A stretch of 64,000 bases of DNA from a virus (Duplodnaviria; Caudoviricetes). How positions within the stretch are numbered: position 1 is the stretch's first letter; each line of letters begins with the position of its first letter. The DNA lies in the IMG/VR virus record IMGVR_UViG_3300043567_000723; one strand, given 5' to 3'. Of this stretch, positions 62,938-64,000 are shown piece by piece. A model generated the notes under the pieces. The model was given only the letters and a program-made list of their open reading frames with translations. It was not told where the DNA came from and searched no databases. The position numbers and the translations under genes were made by a program.

Positions 62938-64000
62938 ATGCTTAAAACCACGCTCGGACAAGTCCTGATTAACGAAGCGCTCCCGCCGGAGATGCGCGAC
63001 TATGACCGCGTGCTCACTAAAAAAAGCATGGGCGCGCTGGCGACTGAGCTAGCCAAGTCGCATCCCGAAAAATATCGGGAGGCAATGAAAAAACTGCACG
63101 ACGTCGGCAAAGACGCTGGTTACAGCAGCGGCGGGCTTTCTTTCAGTTTGAAGCACATTCGCCCGACGCTGGCCGTGAAAGCCGCGCAGATTCGCACGCA
63201 AAATGCCATGCGCGAGATTCTGTCCGACAAGCGTTTAGACAGCAAAACGCGGCAAATTAAACTGCTAGAGTTAGCTGCAAACACGCAAAAAGAGTTGCTA
63301 GACAAGGTCTACAAAGAAGCCGAGAGCCAAGACAATCCGCTGGTGCATCAGATTGCTGGCGCTGGTGTCGGCAATAAATATCAATTGAATTCTTTGATCG
63401 GGGCTGACATGCAGTACCTCGATCACCGCGGCGAGCCGATTCCAATTCCAGTGCTACGCGGCTACGGGCAAGGGTTACGCCCCGTTGAATATTTTGCCGG
63501 CGCTTTCGGTACCCGCAAAGGTGTTATCGACCTTAAGACGGCCACCGCCGACGCTGGGTTTTACGGTAAACAGCTGGCGCAGATGACGCACAGACTTTTA
63601 GTCACCGCGGACGACGATGACGATACAGACGAAGAGCGCGCGGCATCTGCGTTAGAACGTGGCTACCCCACAGACGTCGATGACCCAGATAACGAGGGCT
63701 CACTGCTCTCTCGCCCAATCGGACCGTATAAACGCAACACGGTATTAACGCCGAAGATCCTGCGTGACATTAAGGACATGGGCGTTAAAGATATTTTAGT
63801 CCGTAGCCCGATTGTAGGGGGTCCAGCAGATGGCGGCGTATACGCGAAGGACGTTGGTTATCGCGAAAAAGGCCGTTTACCGCCGGCTGGAGATTATGTG
63901 GGCATCGCCGCGGCCCAAGCGTTGTCTGAACCTGTCACACAAAGCCAGATCAGCTCGAAACACTCTGGCGGTGTCGGCGGCGCAGGCGCAATCTCTGGTT
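62938..64000 (+). CDS. rpoC: Phage RNA polymerase, C-terminal half of beta-prime (runs off the window; not in the ORF track)
   Basis: MLKTTLGQVLINEALP; bridge helix GLRPVEYFAGAFGTRKGVIDLKTATADAGF; trigger loop VGIAAAQALSEPVTQSQISSKHSGGV. Confidence 0.93.
   Translation, partial: MLKTTLGQVLINEALPPEMRDYDRVLTKKSMGALATELAKSHPEKYREAMKKLHDVGKDAGYSSGGLSFSLKHIRPTLAVKAAQIRTQNAMREILSDKRLDSKTRQIKLLELAANTQKELLDKVYKEAESQDNPLVHQIAGAGVGNKYQLNSLIGADMQYLDHRGEPIPIPVLRGYGQGLRPVEYFAGAFGTRKGVIDLKTATADAGFYGKQLAQMTHRLLVTADDDDDTDEERAASALERGYPTDVDDPDNEGSLLSRPIGPYKRNTVLTPKILRDIKDMGVKDILVRSPIVGGPADGGVYAKDVGYREKGRLPPAGDYVGIAAAQALSEPVTQSQISSKHSGGVGGAGAISG

Noticed and set aside
1-64000. Stop-codon reassignment (alternative genetic code)
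   Set aside because: Long genes read through intact in code 11, TAA/TAG/TGA all end genes, and there is no suppressor tRNA (Leu UAG/UAA are anticodons, not suppressors).
57537-64000. Host rpoB-rpoC operon, or a eukaryotic giant-virus origin
   Set aside because: No flanking ribosomal protein genes; non-cellular split and high divergence; Shine-Dalgarno sites, tmRNA, holins and PhoH indicate a bacteriophage.

Overview
This is a 64-kb segment of a large, tailed dsDNA bacteriophage genome. Every credible gene is on the + strand, and no rRNA, CRISPR array or transposon was seen. Left to right: (1) about 1-14.6 kb, a tail-fibre/receptor-binding region (Thr/Gly-rich fibre with a perfect 270-bp tandem duplication, LamG-type lectin protein, sulfotransferase-like protein, collagen-like fibre, an ~18-aa beta-repeat protein and two paralogous tail proteins). 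(2) About 14.6-31 kb, an accessory and translation region (thymidine kinase, GT4 glycosyltransferase, six U34 tRNAs, tmRNA with tag GTFNSVPALAA, several unannotated structured RNAs, DUF2294/MpsC-like protein, Ntn hydrolase, many small ORFs). (3) About 27-57 kb, Gly/Ala-rich putative internal virion proteins punctuated by a recurring K-x-A motif and carrying enzyme modules (SNF2 helicase, 2H phosphoesterase), interleaved with a permuted NlpC/P60 protein, trypsin-like protease, HNH, PhoH, ferritin-like, HAD, actin-like ATPase, tRNA-Asn and a holin/matrixin/papain block. (4) 57.5-64 kb, a phage multisubunit RNA polymerase organised as a beta + N-terminal beta-prime fusion and a separate C-terminal beta-prime gene that runs off the window. 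Several gene types suggest a Planctomycetota-like host (inference). The most notable unexplained signals are the K-x-A-delimited modular polyproteins, four to five large structured non-coding RNA candidates, a 10-bp RATAKCTAAA motif that brackets gene modules in inverted pairs, and a zinc-free, re-split RNA polymerase. All family assignments come from motif recognition by eye, not database searches.
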